Below are positions 16,506-25,531 of a stretch of 32,000 bases of DNA, one piece after another. Numbering within the stretch: the first letter of the stretch is position 1; every line of letters starts with the position of its first letter. The notes beneath the pieces are model-generated. The model was given only the letters and a program-made list of their open reading frames with translations. It was not told the DNA's origin and ran no database searches. The position numbers and the translations under genes are program-made. This DNA is from Kineococcus radiotolerans SRS30216 = ATCC BAA-149 (GTDB lineage Bacteria > Actinomycetota > Actinomycetes > Actinomycetales > Kineococcaceae): the NCBI RefSeq assembly GCF_000017305.1, contig NC_009664.2, forward strand, positions 3,270,001 to 3,302,000, read 5' to 3'.

Positions 16506-16682
16506 GGGGCCGGGGGAGCGCGCCGCCCCGCCGTCAGCGCCCGAGCAGGTTCACCGCGACCGTCGCGGCCAGGGCCACCGCGGACACCGGCGCCCGGACG
16601 GCGCGGGCGACGCTGGCGTGGGCCGAGGAGGCCCTTGCCGAGCTGGACCCCCCGGCCCGGGCGGGCACGTAGGATCGCGCCG

Positions 16683-17402
16683 GTGAGCTCCCGCGTCGCG
16701 CTGCCGGCCGCCCCGGCGCGGGAATCGCTCGCCGATTCCGTGCACGCCTCGCTGCTGACCTGGCTGATGGACGGCGGCGCGGCCCCCGGCTCGCCGCTCA
16801 GCATCGACGGCCTCGCCCGCGACCTGGGGGTCTCCCCGACGCCGGTGCGCGAGGCCCTGGTGCGCATGGAGTCCACCGGTCTGGTGGAGCGGGCCGCGAT
16901 GCGCGGGTACCGCGTCGCGGGGATGCTCTCGCGCGAGGAGATCGACCAGCTGATGGACGCGCGGCTGCTGCTGGAGTGCCACAACGTCGCCCTGGCGGCG
17001 CAGCGGGTCGAGGAGGACCTGCTGGTGCGGTTGTCCGCGACCGTGGAGCGCATGGCGGTGGCCCCCCGGGGGCCCTCGTTCGCCGACTACCGCGACTACC
17101 ACCAGGCCGACAACGAGTTCCACCGCCTCCTCAACCGCGCCGGTGGCAACGGCTTCCTCGCCGACGCCTTCGAGGGGCTCAACGGGCAGCTGCAGCGGTT
17201 CCGGCTGCGGGCGCTGGGGCAGGGGGTCACCGACGCCGACCTCGCCGTCGCCGAGCACGTCGCGGTGGTCGACGCCCTGCGCGTCCGCGACGGCGACGCC
17301 GCCGCGGCGCGGATGCGCGAGCACCTCGAGGCGGTGCGCTCGCGCGCCCTCGACGACCGCGCGGCGGCGGGGCTCGACGCGGCCCCGGAGCCCGCCCCCT
17401 GA
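16683..17402 (+). CDS. GntR family transcriptional regulator, FadR subfamily (FCD domain)
   Basis: wHTH LSIDGLARDLGVSPTPVREALVRMESTGLVE plus a C-terminal FCD-type helical domain. TAGGAT (16670-16675) lies 7 nt upstream of GTG 16683, suggesting a leaderless start. The tracked TTG 16635 start was not preferred. Confidence 0.8.
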   Translation: MSSRVALPAAPARESLADSVHASLLTWLMDGGAAPGSPLSIDGLARDLGVSPTPVREALVRMESTGLVERAAMRGYRVAGMLSREEIDQLMDARLLLECHNVALAAQRVEEDLLVRLSATVERMAVAPRGPSFADYRDYHQADNEFHRLLNRAGGNGFLADAFEGLNGQLQRFRLRALGQGVTDADLAVAEHVAVVDALRVRDGDAAAARMREHLEAVRSRALDDRAAAGLDAAPEPAP

Positions 17403-17429
17403 GGACCGCCGCCCGGCGGCGCGGTTCGT

Positions 17430-17454
17430 TTGACACCCACATCCTATTGGATGT
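17430..17454. promoter_or_regulatory. Putative promoter -35 (TTGACA) and palindromic operator ACATCC-TATT-GGATGT upstream of the MFS gene
   Basis: TTGACA at 17430-17435. Perfect 6-bp inverted repeat at 17439-17454. This is the most A/T-rich patch in the area, lying between the GntR stop (17402) and the MFS start (17499). Confidence 0.5.
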
Positions 17455-17498
17455 TGTATCGGCGCGCCGTCGACGTCGCCGACCCAGGAGTGAGCGCA

Positions 17499-18836
17499 GT
17501 GACCCCGCCGTCCCCCTCGGAGCAGACCGCCCTGGTCGACTCCGCCGTCCGCCGCTCGGTCAAGCGGCTCATCCCCTTCCTCCTCCTCATGTACGTCATC
17601 GCGTTCCTCGACCGCAGCAACGTCGGGTTCGCCAAGGAGGAGCTCGAGGTCAGCATCGGCCTCTCGGCCGCCGCGTACGCCTTCGGCGCGGGGCTGTTCT
17701 TCGTGGGCTACGCCGTCTTCGAGGTGCCCAGCAACCTGATCATGCACCGGGTCGGGGCCCGCTGGTGGATGGCCCGGATCATGGTCACCTGGGGCGTCGT
17801 CGCCACCGCCTTCATGTTCGTCCAGGGCGAGACGATGTTCTACGTCCTGCGGTTCCTCCTCGGCGTCTGCGAGGCCGGGTTCTTCCCCGGCGTCCTGCTC
17901 TACCTCACCTACTGGTTCCCCGAGAGCCGCCGCGCGTTCGCGACCGGGCTGTTCCAGATGGGCCTGCCGCTGGCCAACATCGTCGGCGGGCCGCTGTCCG
18001 GCGGGCTGCTGGAGCTGGACGGGTTCGGCGGGCTGGCCGGGTACCAGTGGCTGTTCATGGTCGAGGGGCTCGTCGCCGTCGTCGTCGGCGTCATCGCGCT
18101 GTTCGTCCTCACCGACCGCCCCGAGACCGCCCGGTGGATGCCGGCCGAGGAGAAGGCGGCCCTGGCCGCCCGCCTCGCCGAGGACGACGCCGCCCGCGGC
18201 GAGACGGGCGGCCACCTCGGGTGGGGCAAGGCCCTGCTGAACCCGCGTGTCCTCTACTTCGCCCTCGTCTGCCTCTGCATCCAGGCCGCGGTGTACGGGC
18301 TCACCTTCTTCCTGCCCACCCAGGTCTCGGCCATCACCGGGCGCGAGGTCGGGTTCCAGGTGGGTCTGCTCACCTCGATCCCGTGGGTGTGCGCCCTGGT
18401 CACGATCGCGGTCGTGCCGCGCTTCGCCGACCGCCACCGGCGCCACCGCGAGGTCGGCGCCGCCCTGCTCGTCCTGTCCGGGGCCGGCATCGCCGTCTCC
18501 GCGGTGGCGCAGAACGCCCTGGTCGCCATGCTGGCCCTGTGCGTCGCCGCCGTCGGGTTCGTCACCTGCCAGCCGCTGTTCTGGACCCTGCCCACCCGCT
18601 ACCTCAGCGGCGCGGCCCTGGCCGCCGGGTTCGGGCTCATCAACGGCCTCGGCAACCTCGGTGGTTTCGTCGCCCCCAACATCCGCGTCTGGGCGGAGGA
18701 GACGTTCGACTCGACCACCGCGGGCCTGTTCGTCCTGGGCGGGATCGCCGTGCTCGGGGCCGTGCTCCTGCTCGCGACCAAGCTGATGGCCACCGCCCCG
18801 CAGGACGAGGCGGCTCCCGTCGCCGCCACCCGCTGA
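17499..18836 (+). CDS. MFS transporter, anion:cation symporter (ACS) family, TtuB/DgoT-like organic-acid permease
   Basis: Tracked ORF 17430..18836. ACS-type motif AFLDRSNVGFAKEEL, and 12 TM segments with a central loop DRPETARWMPAEEK. Start moved to GTG 17499 (AGGAG 8 nt upstream); the upstream tracked codons are A/T-ending and cover the operator. Confidence 0.85.
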   Translation: MTPPSPSEQTALVDSAVRRSVKRLIPFLLLMYVIAFLDRSNVGFAKEELEVSIGLSAAAYAFGAGLFFVGYAVFEVPSNLIMHRVGARWWMARIMVTWGVVATAFMFVQGETMFYVLRFLLGVCEAGFFPGVLLYLTYWFPESRRAFATGLFQMGLPLANIVGGPLSGGLLELDGFGGLAGYQWLFMVEGLVAVVVGVIALFVLTDRPETARWMPAEEKAALAARLAEDDAARGETGGHLGWGKALLNPRVLYFALVCLCIQAAVYGLTFFLPTQVSAITGREVGFQVGLLTSIPWVCALVTIAVVPRFADRHRRHREVGAALLVLSGAGIAVSAVAQNALVAMLALCVAAVGFVTCQPLFWTLPTRYLSGAALAAGFGLINGLGNLGGFVAPNIRVWAEETFDSTTAGLFVLGGIAVLGAVLLLATKLMATAPQDEAAPVAATR

Positions 18837-18873
18837 CCACCGGAACACCCGCCCGACACCTCAGGAGACCACC

Positions 18874-19635
18874 ATGGAGTTCCCCACCCGCCGCACCGCC
18901 GTCGTCACCGGCGTCGGCGCCCCCCGCGGCATCGGCCGGGTCGTCGCCCGCCGGCTGGCCGCGGACGGCTGGAGCCTGGGCCTCGTCGACATCTCCGGCG
19001 ACGGCGTCGTGGAGATCACCGAGGAGCTGCGCGCGGCCGGGGCCGACGTGCACGGCGTGGCCACCGACATCTCCGCGCCGGACTCCGTGAGCGCGGCCTT
19101 CGCCGAGTTCGACGCCGCGCTGCCTCCGGTCGTCGGGCTGGTGAACCTGGCCGGCATCGCCAACCCGACGCCGATCCTCGAGATCACCCTCGCCGAGTGG
19201 GACCGGACGATGGCCGTCAACGCCACCGGGTCGCTGCTGATGATCCAGGCCGCCGCCCGGCGCATGGTCGAGGTCGGGGTGGGGCGGATCGTCAACACCT
19301 CGTCCATCACCGCCGTGGACGGGGGCGGGACGTTCTCCAAGACCGCCTACGCCGCCGCCAAGGCCGCCGTCCTGGGCCTGACCCGCGGTGCGGCGCGCGA
19401 GCTCGGCCCGCACGGCATCACCGCCAACGCGATCCTGCCCGGCCCGATCGACACCGACATCATGGGCGGGAGGCTGACCGACGAGCGCAAGGCCGCGATG
19501 TCCGCGGGCATCCCGGTGGGGCGCGTCGGCACCCCGGGCGACATCGCGGCGATGGTGGCGTTCCTGCTCTCCGCGGAGGCCGGGTTCGTCAACGGCGTCA
19601 GCTACCAGGTCGACGGCGGCAAGCACATCAACTGA
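18874..19635 (+). CDS. SDR family oxidoreductase (FabG-like)
   Basis: 253 aa. Rossmann TGVGAPRGIGRVVA, catalytic YAAAKAAV (YxxxK), NAILPGPIDT. AGGAGA RBS before ATG 18874. Confidence 0.88.
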   Translation: MEFPTRRTAVVTGVGAPRGIGRVVARRLAADGWSLGLVDISGDGVVEITEELRAAGADVHGVATDISAPDSVSAAFAEFDAALPPVVGLVNLAGIANPTPILEITLAEWDRTMAVNATGSLLMIQAAARRMVEVGVGRIVNTSSITAVDGGGTFSKTAYAAAKAAVLGLTRGAARELGPHGITANAILPGPIDTDIMGGRLTDERKAAMSAGIPVGRVGTPGDIAAMVAFLLSAEAGFVNGVSYQVDGGKHIN

Positions 19636-19653
19636 GCCTCCCGCCGGCCGGAG

Positions 19654-19683
19654 CGCCCGCGTCCCCGCACGGGGGCGCGGGCG
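19654..19683. terminator. Hairpin between convergent SDR and galM genes (putative bidirectional terminator)
   Basis: CGCCCGCGTCCCC (19654-19666), GCAC loop, GGGGGCGCGGGCG (19671-19683). 13-bp stem with one G-U/mismatch. Confidence 0.45.
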
Positions 19684-19701
19684 TTCCGCGTCCGCGGGGG
19701 T

Positions 19702-20772
19702 TCAGGCGGAGAACACGTACTCCGTCGTGGAGCGGAACTCCTCGCCGGGACGCAGGACGGAGTCCCCGAGCCCGGCGAACGCCGGCTGGTTCACCGCGTC
19801 GGGCAGCAGCTGCGTCTCCAGGCACAGCGCGTCGCCCTGGCGCACCGGCCGGCCCTCGAGCGTGCGCCAGGACCCGTCGAGGAAGTTGCCGGTGTAGAAC
19901 TGCAGACCCGGCAGGTCGGTGCGCACCGTGACGGTCCGCCCGCTGCGCGGGCCGGTCACCGAGCCGACCTCGCGCAGGGACCCGGGGGAGTCCAGGACCA
20001 GGCAGTGGTCGTAACCGCCCGCGGTGAGCAGCTGCGCGTCGGCGTCGCGCAGCCGGTCCCCGACGCGGGTGGGAGTGGTGAAGTCGAACGGCGTGCCCGC
20101 GACGGGGGCGAGCTCGCCGGTGGGGACCAGGTCCGCGTCCACCGGCAGGTAGCGCGAGGCGGAGAACCGCGCGACGTGGTCCTCCACCGACCCCGACCCG
20201 TCGAGGGCGAAGTAGGCGTGGTTGGTGAGGTTCACCGGGGTGGGGGCGTCGGTCGTGGCCGAGTAGTCCAGCCGCAGGACGACCCGGCCGTCCTCCTCGC
20301 GCAGCGAGTACGTCACCGCCGCGTCCAGGGAACCCGGGAAGCCCATGTCGCCGTCGGCGCTGCGCAGGGACAGCCGCACGCCCGGGGTCCCGTCGACGTC
20401 GACCTCCTCCGCCCGCCAGAGCCGCTGGTCGAAGCCCTCCGCCCCGCCGTGCAGCGCGTTGGGCCCGTCGTTGAGGGGGACCCGGGACTCCCGGCCCTCC
20501 AGGGTGAAGCGGCCCCGGGCGAGGCGGTTGGCCACCCGTCCGACGACCGCGCCGGGGTAGCCCTCGGCGGCCTCGTAGTCCGCGACCCCCGGCAGGGCGA
20601 CGACGACGTCGCCGAGGGCGCCGGCCGCGTCGGGGACGCGGACCCGGTGGAGGGTGGCGCCGCGGGTCAGGACCGCGGCGCTCGCGCCGGAGGGCAGGCG
20701 CAGTTCCCAGCGCTCGACGGGTTCACCGCGGCGGGTCCGCCCGAAGGGTTCGCCGTGCAACGTTGCAGTCAT
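19702..20772 (-). CDS. galM: Aldose 1-epimerase (galactose mutarotase)
   Basis: 356 aa. Family blocks GRVANRLARGRFTLEG, PNALHGG, GFPGSL, VNLTNHAYF, GYDHC. Confidence 0.88.
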   Translation of the reverse strand: MTATLHGEPFGRTRRGEPVERWELRLPSGASAAVLTRGATLHRVRVPDAAGALGDVVVALPGVADYEAAEGYPGAVVGRVANRLARGRFTLEGRESRVPLNDGPNALHGGAEGFDQRLWRAEEVDVDGTPGVRLSLRSADGDMGFPGSLDAAVTYSLREEDGRVVLRLDYSATTDAPTPVNLTNHAYFALDGSGSVEDHVARFSASRYLPVDADLVPTGELAPVAGTPFDFTTPTRVGDRLRDADAQLLTAGGYDHCLVLDSPGSLREVGSVTGPRSGRTVTVRTDLPGLQFYTGNFLDGSWRTLEGRPVRQGDALCLETQLLPDAVNQPAFAGLGDSVLRPGEEFRSTTEYVFSA

Positions 20773-20823
20773 GCCCCGGATCCTGCCCCACGCCCACCGG
20801 GCCGGACCGGTCGGGGAGGTCGC

Positions 20824-21546
20824 TCAGGTCAGGCGCCAGTCGATCCCGTCCCCACCCTCCTCGCGCAGCAGCGCGTCGACCCGGCTGAAGGGCCGGGACC
20901 CGAAGAACCCCCGCGAGGCCGACAGCGGGCTCGGGTGCACCCCGGCGACGACGGGGACCCCCTCCAGCAGGGGCGTCACCGTCTGCGCGTCCTTGCCCCA
21001 CAGCAGGGCCACGAGCGGGCCGCCGCGCGCGGCCAGCGCGCTCACCGCCGCGTCGGTCACGGCCTGCCAGCCCAGCTTGCGGTGGGAGCCGGAGTCGCCG
21101 GCGCGCACGGTCATGACCCGGTTGAGCAGCAGGACCCCGGCCTCGGACCACGCCGTGAGGTCCCCGTGCGGCGGGGGCTGCACGCCGGTGTCGGCGGCGA
21201 GCTCCTTGTAGACGTTGACCAGGCTGCGCGGCAGGGGCCGCACGTGCGGCTCGACGGCGAAGCTCAGCCCGATCGGGTGCCCGGGCGTGGGGTAGGGGTC
21301 CTGCCCCACCAGCAGCACCCGCACCGCGTCGAAGGGCTGGCGGAACGCGCGCAGCACGTGCCCCGGGGCGGGCAGCCACCGCTCCGGTTCCGCGGCCAGC
21401 CGCTGCGACAGCTCCCCCAGCCGGGGGCGCACGCCGGCCAGCGCCCGGGCCCAGCCCGGGTCGAGGTCGTCGAGGCCCAGACCGGCCGGGTCCTCCGCGG
21501 TGGGGGGGAAGGACGGGACGGGTGGGGACGCTGCGGCGGGAGTCAC
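20824..21546 (-). CDS. ung: Uracil-DNA glycosylase (family 1)
   Basis: C-terminal 240 codons of tracked ORF 20824..22323. Motifs [31 protein letters not shown] minus-strand TAGCGT lies 7 nt upstream of GTG 21546 (leaderless pattern). Confidence 0.88.
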   Translation of the reverse strand: MTPAAASPPVPSFPPTAEDPAGLGLDDLDPGWARALAGVRPRLGELSQRLAAEPERWLPAPGHVLRAFRQPFDAVRVLLVGQDPYPTPGHPIGLSFAVEPHVRPLPRSLVNVYKELAADTGVQPPPHGDLTAWSEAGVLLLNRVMTVRAGDSGSHRKLGWQAVTDAAVSALAARGGPLVALLWGKDAQTVTPLLEGVPVVAGVHPSPLSASRGFFGSRPFSRVDALLREEGGDGIDWRLT

Positions 21547-21666
21547 GCGGGGGACGCTACCCAGGTGCGGACACGCCCGCCGGGGGGAAGGGCGGTGTCG
21601 GTGCCCCCTCCTAGACTCGGGCTCGCGGTCACCACCACGGGGACCGTGCTGAGAGGGGTTGGGGAC

Positions 21667-22032
21667 GTGGAGCGGTCGGACGCGGCGGCACGCATCGAGC
21701 GGGACGACCTGCACCGGGACGACCTGGGCCGGGCCGACCTGGGCGGGAGGCTCCGGGACGCGCAGGAGGCCCCGCTGCCGGAGGGCCTGAGCCCCCGCGA
21801 CGCCGAGATCCTCGCCTTCGAGCGGCAGTGGTGGAAGTACGCCGGGGCCAAGGAGCAGGCGGTGCGCGAGCTGTTCGACCTCTCGCCCACCCGCTACTAC
21901 CAGCTGCTCAACGCCCTCATCGACTCCCCGGCCGCCCTCGCCCACGACCCGATGCTGGTCAAGCGGCTGCGCCGGATGCGCTCCAGCCGGCAGCGGGCGC
22001 GCTCGGCCCGGCGCCTGGGCGTCCAGCCCTGA
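21667..22032 (+). CDS. DUF3263 domain-containing protein
   Basis: C-terminal 121 codons of tracked ORF 20005..22032. [63 protein letters not shown] is the characteristic DUF3263 core. The start GTG 21667 is approximate. Confidence 0.8.
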   Translation: MERSDAAARIERDDLHRDDLGRADLGGRLRDAQEAPLPEGLSPRDAEILAFERQWWKYAGAKEQAVRELFDLSPTRYYQLLNALIDSPAALAHDPMLVKRLRRMRSSRQRARSARRLGVQP

Positions 22033-22049
22033 GCGCGACCCGCGGGCCC

Positions 22050-22223
22050 GTGCCCCGGCTGGCGGCCCGCCGCGGTGCGCACCGCACCCGCCGGGGGCCG
22101 CTGGGGGTGCTCGTCCTGGTCCTGCTGTGGACGCTGGTGGCGGCGGCCGCGGGGGCGGGGCTCGTGCTCGCCGTCCGCTCGGTGCTCGGCCCGCTGCTCG
22201 ACGTGGCCGGCGGGGTGCTCTGA
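22050..22223 (+). CDS. Possible small single-pass membrane protein (57 aa)
   Basis: Frame of tracked ORF 21828..22223. GTG 22050 lies 18 nt after the DUF3263 stop. Arg-rich N-terminus followed by a TM helix ([25 protein letters not shown]). Could be a remnant of a longer gene. Confidence 0.3.
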   Translation: MPRLAARRGAHRTRRGPLGVLVLVLLWTLVAAAAGAGLVLAVRSVLGPLLDVAGGVL

Positions 22224-22493
22224 GGGAGGCCGCGCCGGGGCGCGGCGGGGGGCGTGGTGGCGGGGGCGCGGCGATCGTTCCGCGGCGACGATCCTGCGCC
22301 GACCTCGTCGAACCTTGTCCCACCAGCCCCTCCCCGCACTAACCTGGGACCGGTCGATCAGTTCGGCGAACACGTCCTCTCGGGGGAGCGCGCGTCGGGC
22401 GTCGCCCACGGCCTCAGCGCCGCGGGCCGCGTGAGACCCGCCGCCGGTGCGCGCCGGGGGCGCCTTCCGTTCGCTGCACCACAGGAGAACGCA

Positions 22494-22697
22494 ATGGCAC
22501 AGGGCACCGTGAAGTGGTTCAACTCCGAGAAGGGCTACGGCTTCATCACCGTCGACGACGGCGGGGCCGACGTCTTCGTCCACTACTCCGCGATCACGGC
22601 CGACGGCTACCGCTCCCTCGAGGAGGGCCAGCGGGTCGAGTTCGAGGTCGGGCAGGGTCAGAAGGGCCCCCAGGCCGAGAGCGTCCGCGCCCTCTGA
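22494..22697 (+). CDS. cspA: Cold-shock protein (CspA family)
   Basis: 67 aa. [18 protein letters not shown] (RNP1) and DVFVHYS (RNP2). AGGAGA RBS 6 nt upstream of ATG 22494. Confidence 0.95.
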   Translation: MAQGTVKWFNSEKGYGFITVDDGGADVFVHYSAITADGYRSLEEGQRVEFEVGQGQKGPQAESVRAL

Positions 22698-22705
22698 GGA
22701 CGGCT

Positions 22706-22747
22706 GACCGCGCCCGATCGGCTCGACGGGGCCGGTCGGGCGCGGTC
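22706..22747 (+). terminator. Hairpin after cspA (putative intrinsic terminator)
   Basis: GACCGCGCCCGA (22706-22717) is the exact reverse complement of TCGGGCGCGGTC (22736-22747). Starts 9 nt after the cspA stop. No U-tract. Confidence 0.5.
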
Positions 22748-22940
22748 ACGCCCCCGGGGCGGGGCGCCCCTCGGGCCGGAGCGGGCGTGGCGGAGACCTC
22801 GAACCCCGGGCGGGTGGTGCGAAGGGATCCTCGGCCGTCCCGCGTGCTCGAGGTCGAAGGTGATCGGACGGGCACCACCGGGCCGGCTCCCCCGGGTTCC
22901 CGCGTCCGGCCCACCGCCCGCCGTGCCCGGGGCCCGGGGG

Positions 22941-22967
22941 TTTGCACTCGACGGGGGAGAGTGCCAA
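22941..22967. promoter_or_regulatory. CIRCE element 1 (HrcA operator)
   Basis: TTTGCACTC-N9-GAGTGCCAA, compared with consensus TTAGCACTC-N9-GAGTGCTAA. Upstream of groEL. Confidence 0.85.
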
Positions 22968-22975
22968 CATTGGCG

Positions 22976-23002
22976 TTGGCACTCTCGAGTCGAGAGTGAC
23001 AA
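22976..23002. promoter_or_regulatory. CIRCE element 2 (HrcA operator)
   Basis: TTGGCACTC-N9-GAGTGACAA, 8 nt after element 1 and about 145 nt upstream of the groEL ATG. Confidence 0.8.
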
Positions 23003-23046
23003 CAGCACCTCGACCCGGGAGCGAAGCTCCCTGGTCGGACCGGTGA

Positions 23047-24777
<1,731 letters not shown>

Positions 24778-24806
24778 GTCCGGCCACCCCGTAGCACCAG
24801 CACCAC

Positions 24807-24846
24807 CCGCGAGGGCGGTCCTCCCCCCGGAGGGCCGCCCTCGCGG
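24807..24846 (+). terminator. Strong hairpin after groEL (intrinsic terminator)
   Basis: CCGCGAGGGCGG (24807-24818) is the exact reverse complement of CCGCCCTCGCGG (24835-24846), with an inner CCTCC/GGAGG extension. Followed by CGTTCTCC. Confidence 0.65.
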
Positions 24847-24929
24847 CGTTCTCCCCGCCGGGGGCGATGACTTCCGGCGCCGCGTGCGGTCGGATGGGTA
24901 CGACCCGCCCCCGGCGACAGGAGACCACC

Positions 24930-25493
24930 GTGCGCACCCTCATCGTCACCGCCTTCACCTCCCTCGACGGCGTCGTGGAGGCACCGGGCGGCGAACCCGG
25001 CTACCGCAACGCCGGCTGGACGTTCCGGACCGTCGAGTTCGACGAGGCCGTCTACGAGATCAAGGGCCGCGAGCAGGAGGAGACCACCGCCCTGCTGCTG
25101 GGCCGCACCAGCTACCAGGCCTTCGCCCCGGTCTGGCCGACCATGGACGACTTCGCCGGGTACAACGCCATGCCCCGCTACGTGGTGTCCACCACCCTCG
25201 AGCAGGACGACGAGCGCTGGCCCGCGACGATCCTGCGCTCCCTCGACGACGTCGCCGCGCTCAAGCGGACCGACGGCGGCCCGATCGCGGTGCACGGCAG
25301 CGCGACCCTGGCCCGCTCGCTGGCGGACGCGGGTCTGGTGGACCGCTACCACCTGCTGGTCTTCCCCGTCCTGCTCGGGGCCGGGAAGCGGCTGTTCAGC
25401 GACACCGACAAGGACGAGCAGCGGCTGGCGGTCCTGGAGGCCCAGACCTACGGCAACGGGGTCACCAAGCTGGTCTACGACGTCGTCCGGTGA
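24930..25493 (+). CDS. Dihydrofolate reductase family protein (RibD C-terminal-domain-like reductase)
   Basis: 187 aa from GTG 24930 (AGGAGA 5 nt upstream). Pattern VRTLIVTAFTSLDGVVEAPGG..., LLGRTSYQAF, PIAVHGSATLARSL, DRYHLLVFPVLLGAGKRLF is typical of the RibD_C/DHFR-like family. Confidence 0.8.
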   Translation: MRTLIVTAFTSLDGVVEAPGGEPGYRNAGWTFRTVEFDEAVYEIKGREQEETTALLLGRTSYQAFAPVWPTMDDFAGYNAMPRYVVSTTLEQDDERWPATILRSLDDVAALKRTDGGPIAVHGSATLARSLADAGLVDRYHLLVFPVLLGAGKRLFSDTDKDEQRLAVLEAQTYGNGVTKLVYDVVR

Positions 25494-25531
25494 GCCCCGG
25501 GGGACGGCCTCGCGTCGATTACCGTCTCCCC

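Noticed and set aside
17430-17498. TTG 17430 as the MFS transporter start
   Set aside because: The TTG is the first half of a TTGACA -35-like hexamer. The following codons are A/T-ending and span the palindromic operator. AGGAG precedes GTG 17499.
16551-18848. 765-aa minus-strand ORF
   Set aside because: Antisense to the GntR and MFS genes, which have clear family motifs. Its composition (G/R/D/E/P repeats) is not protein-like.
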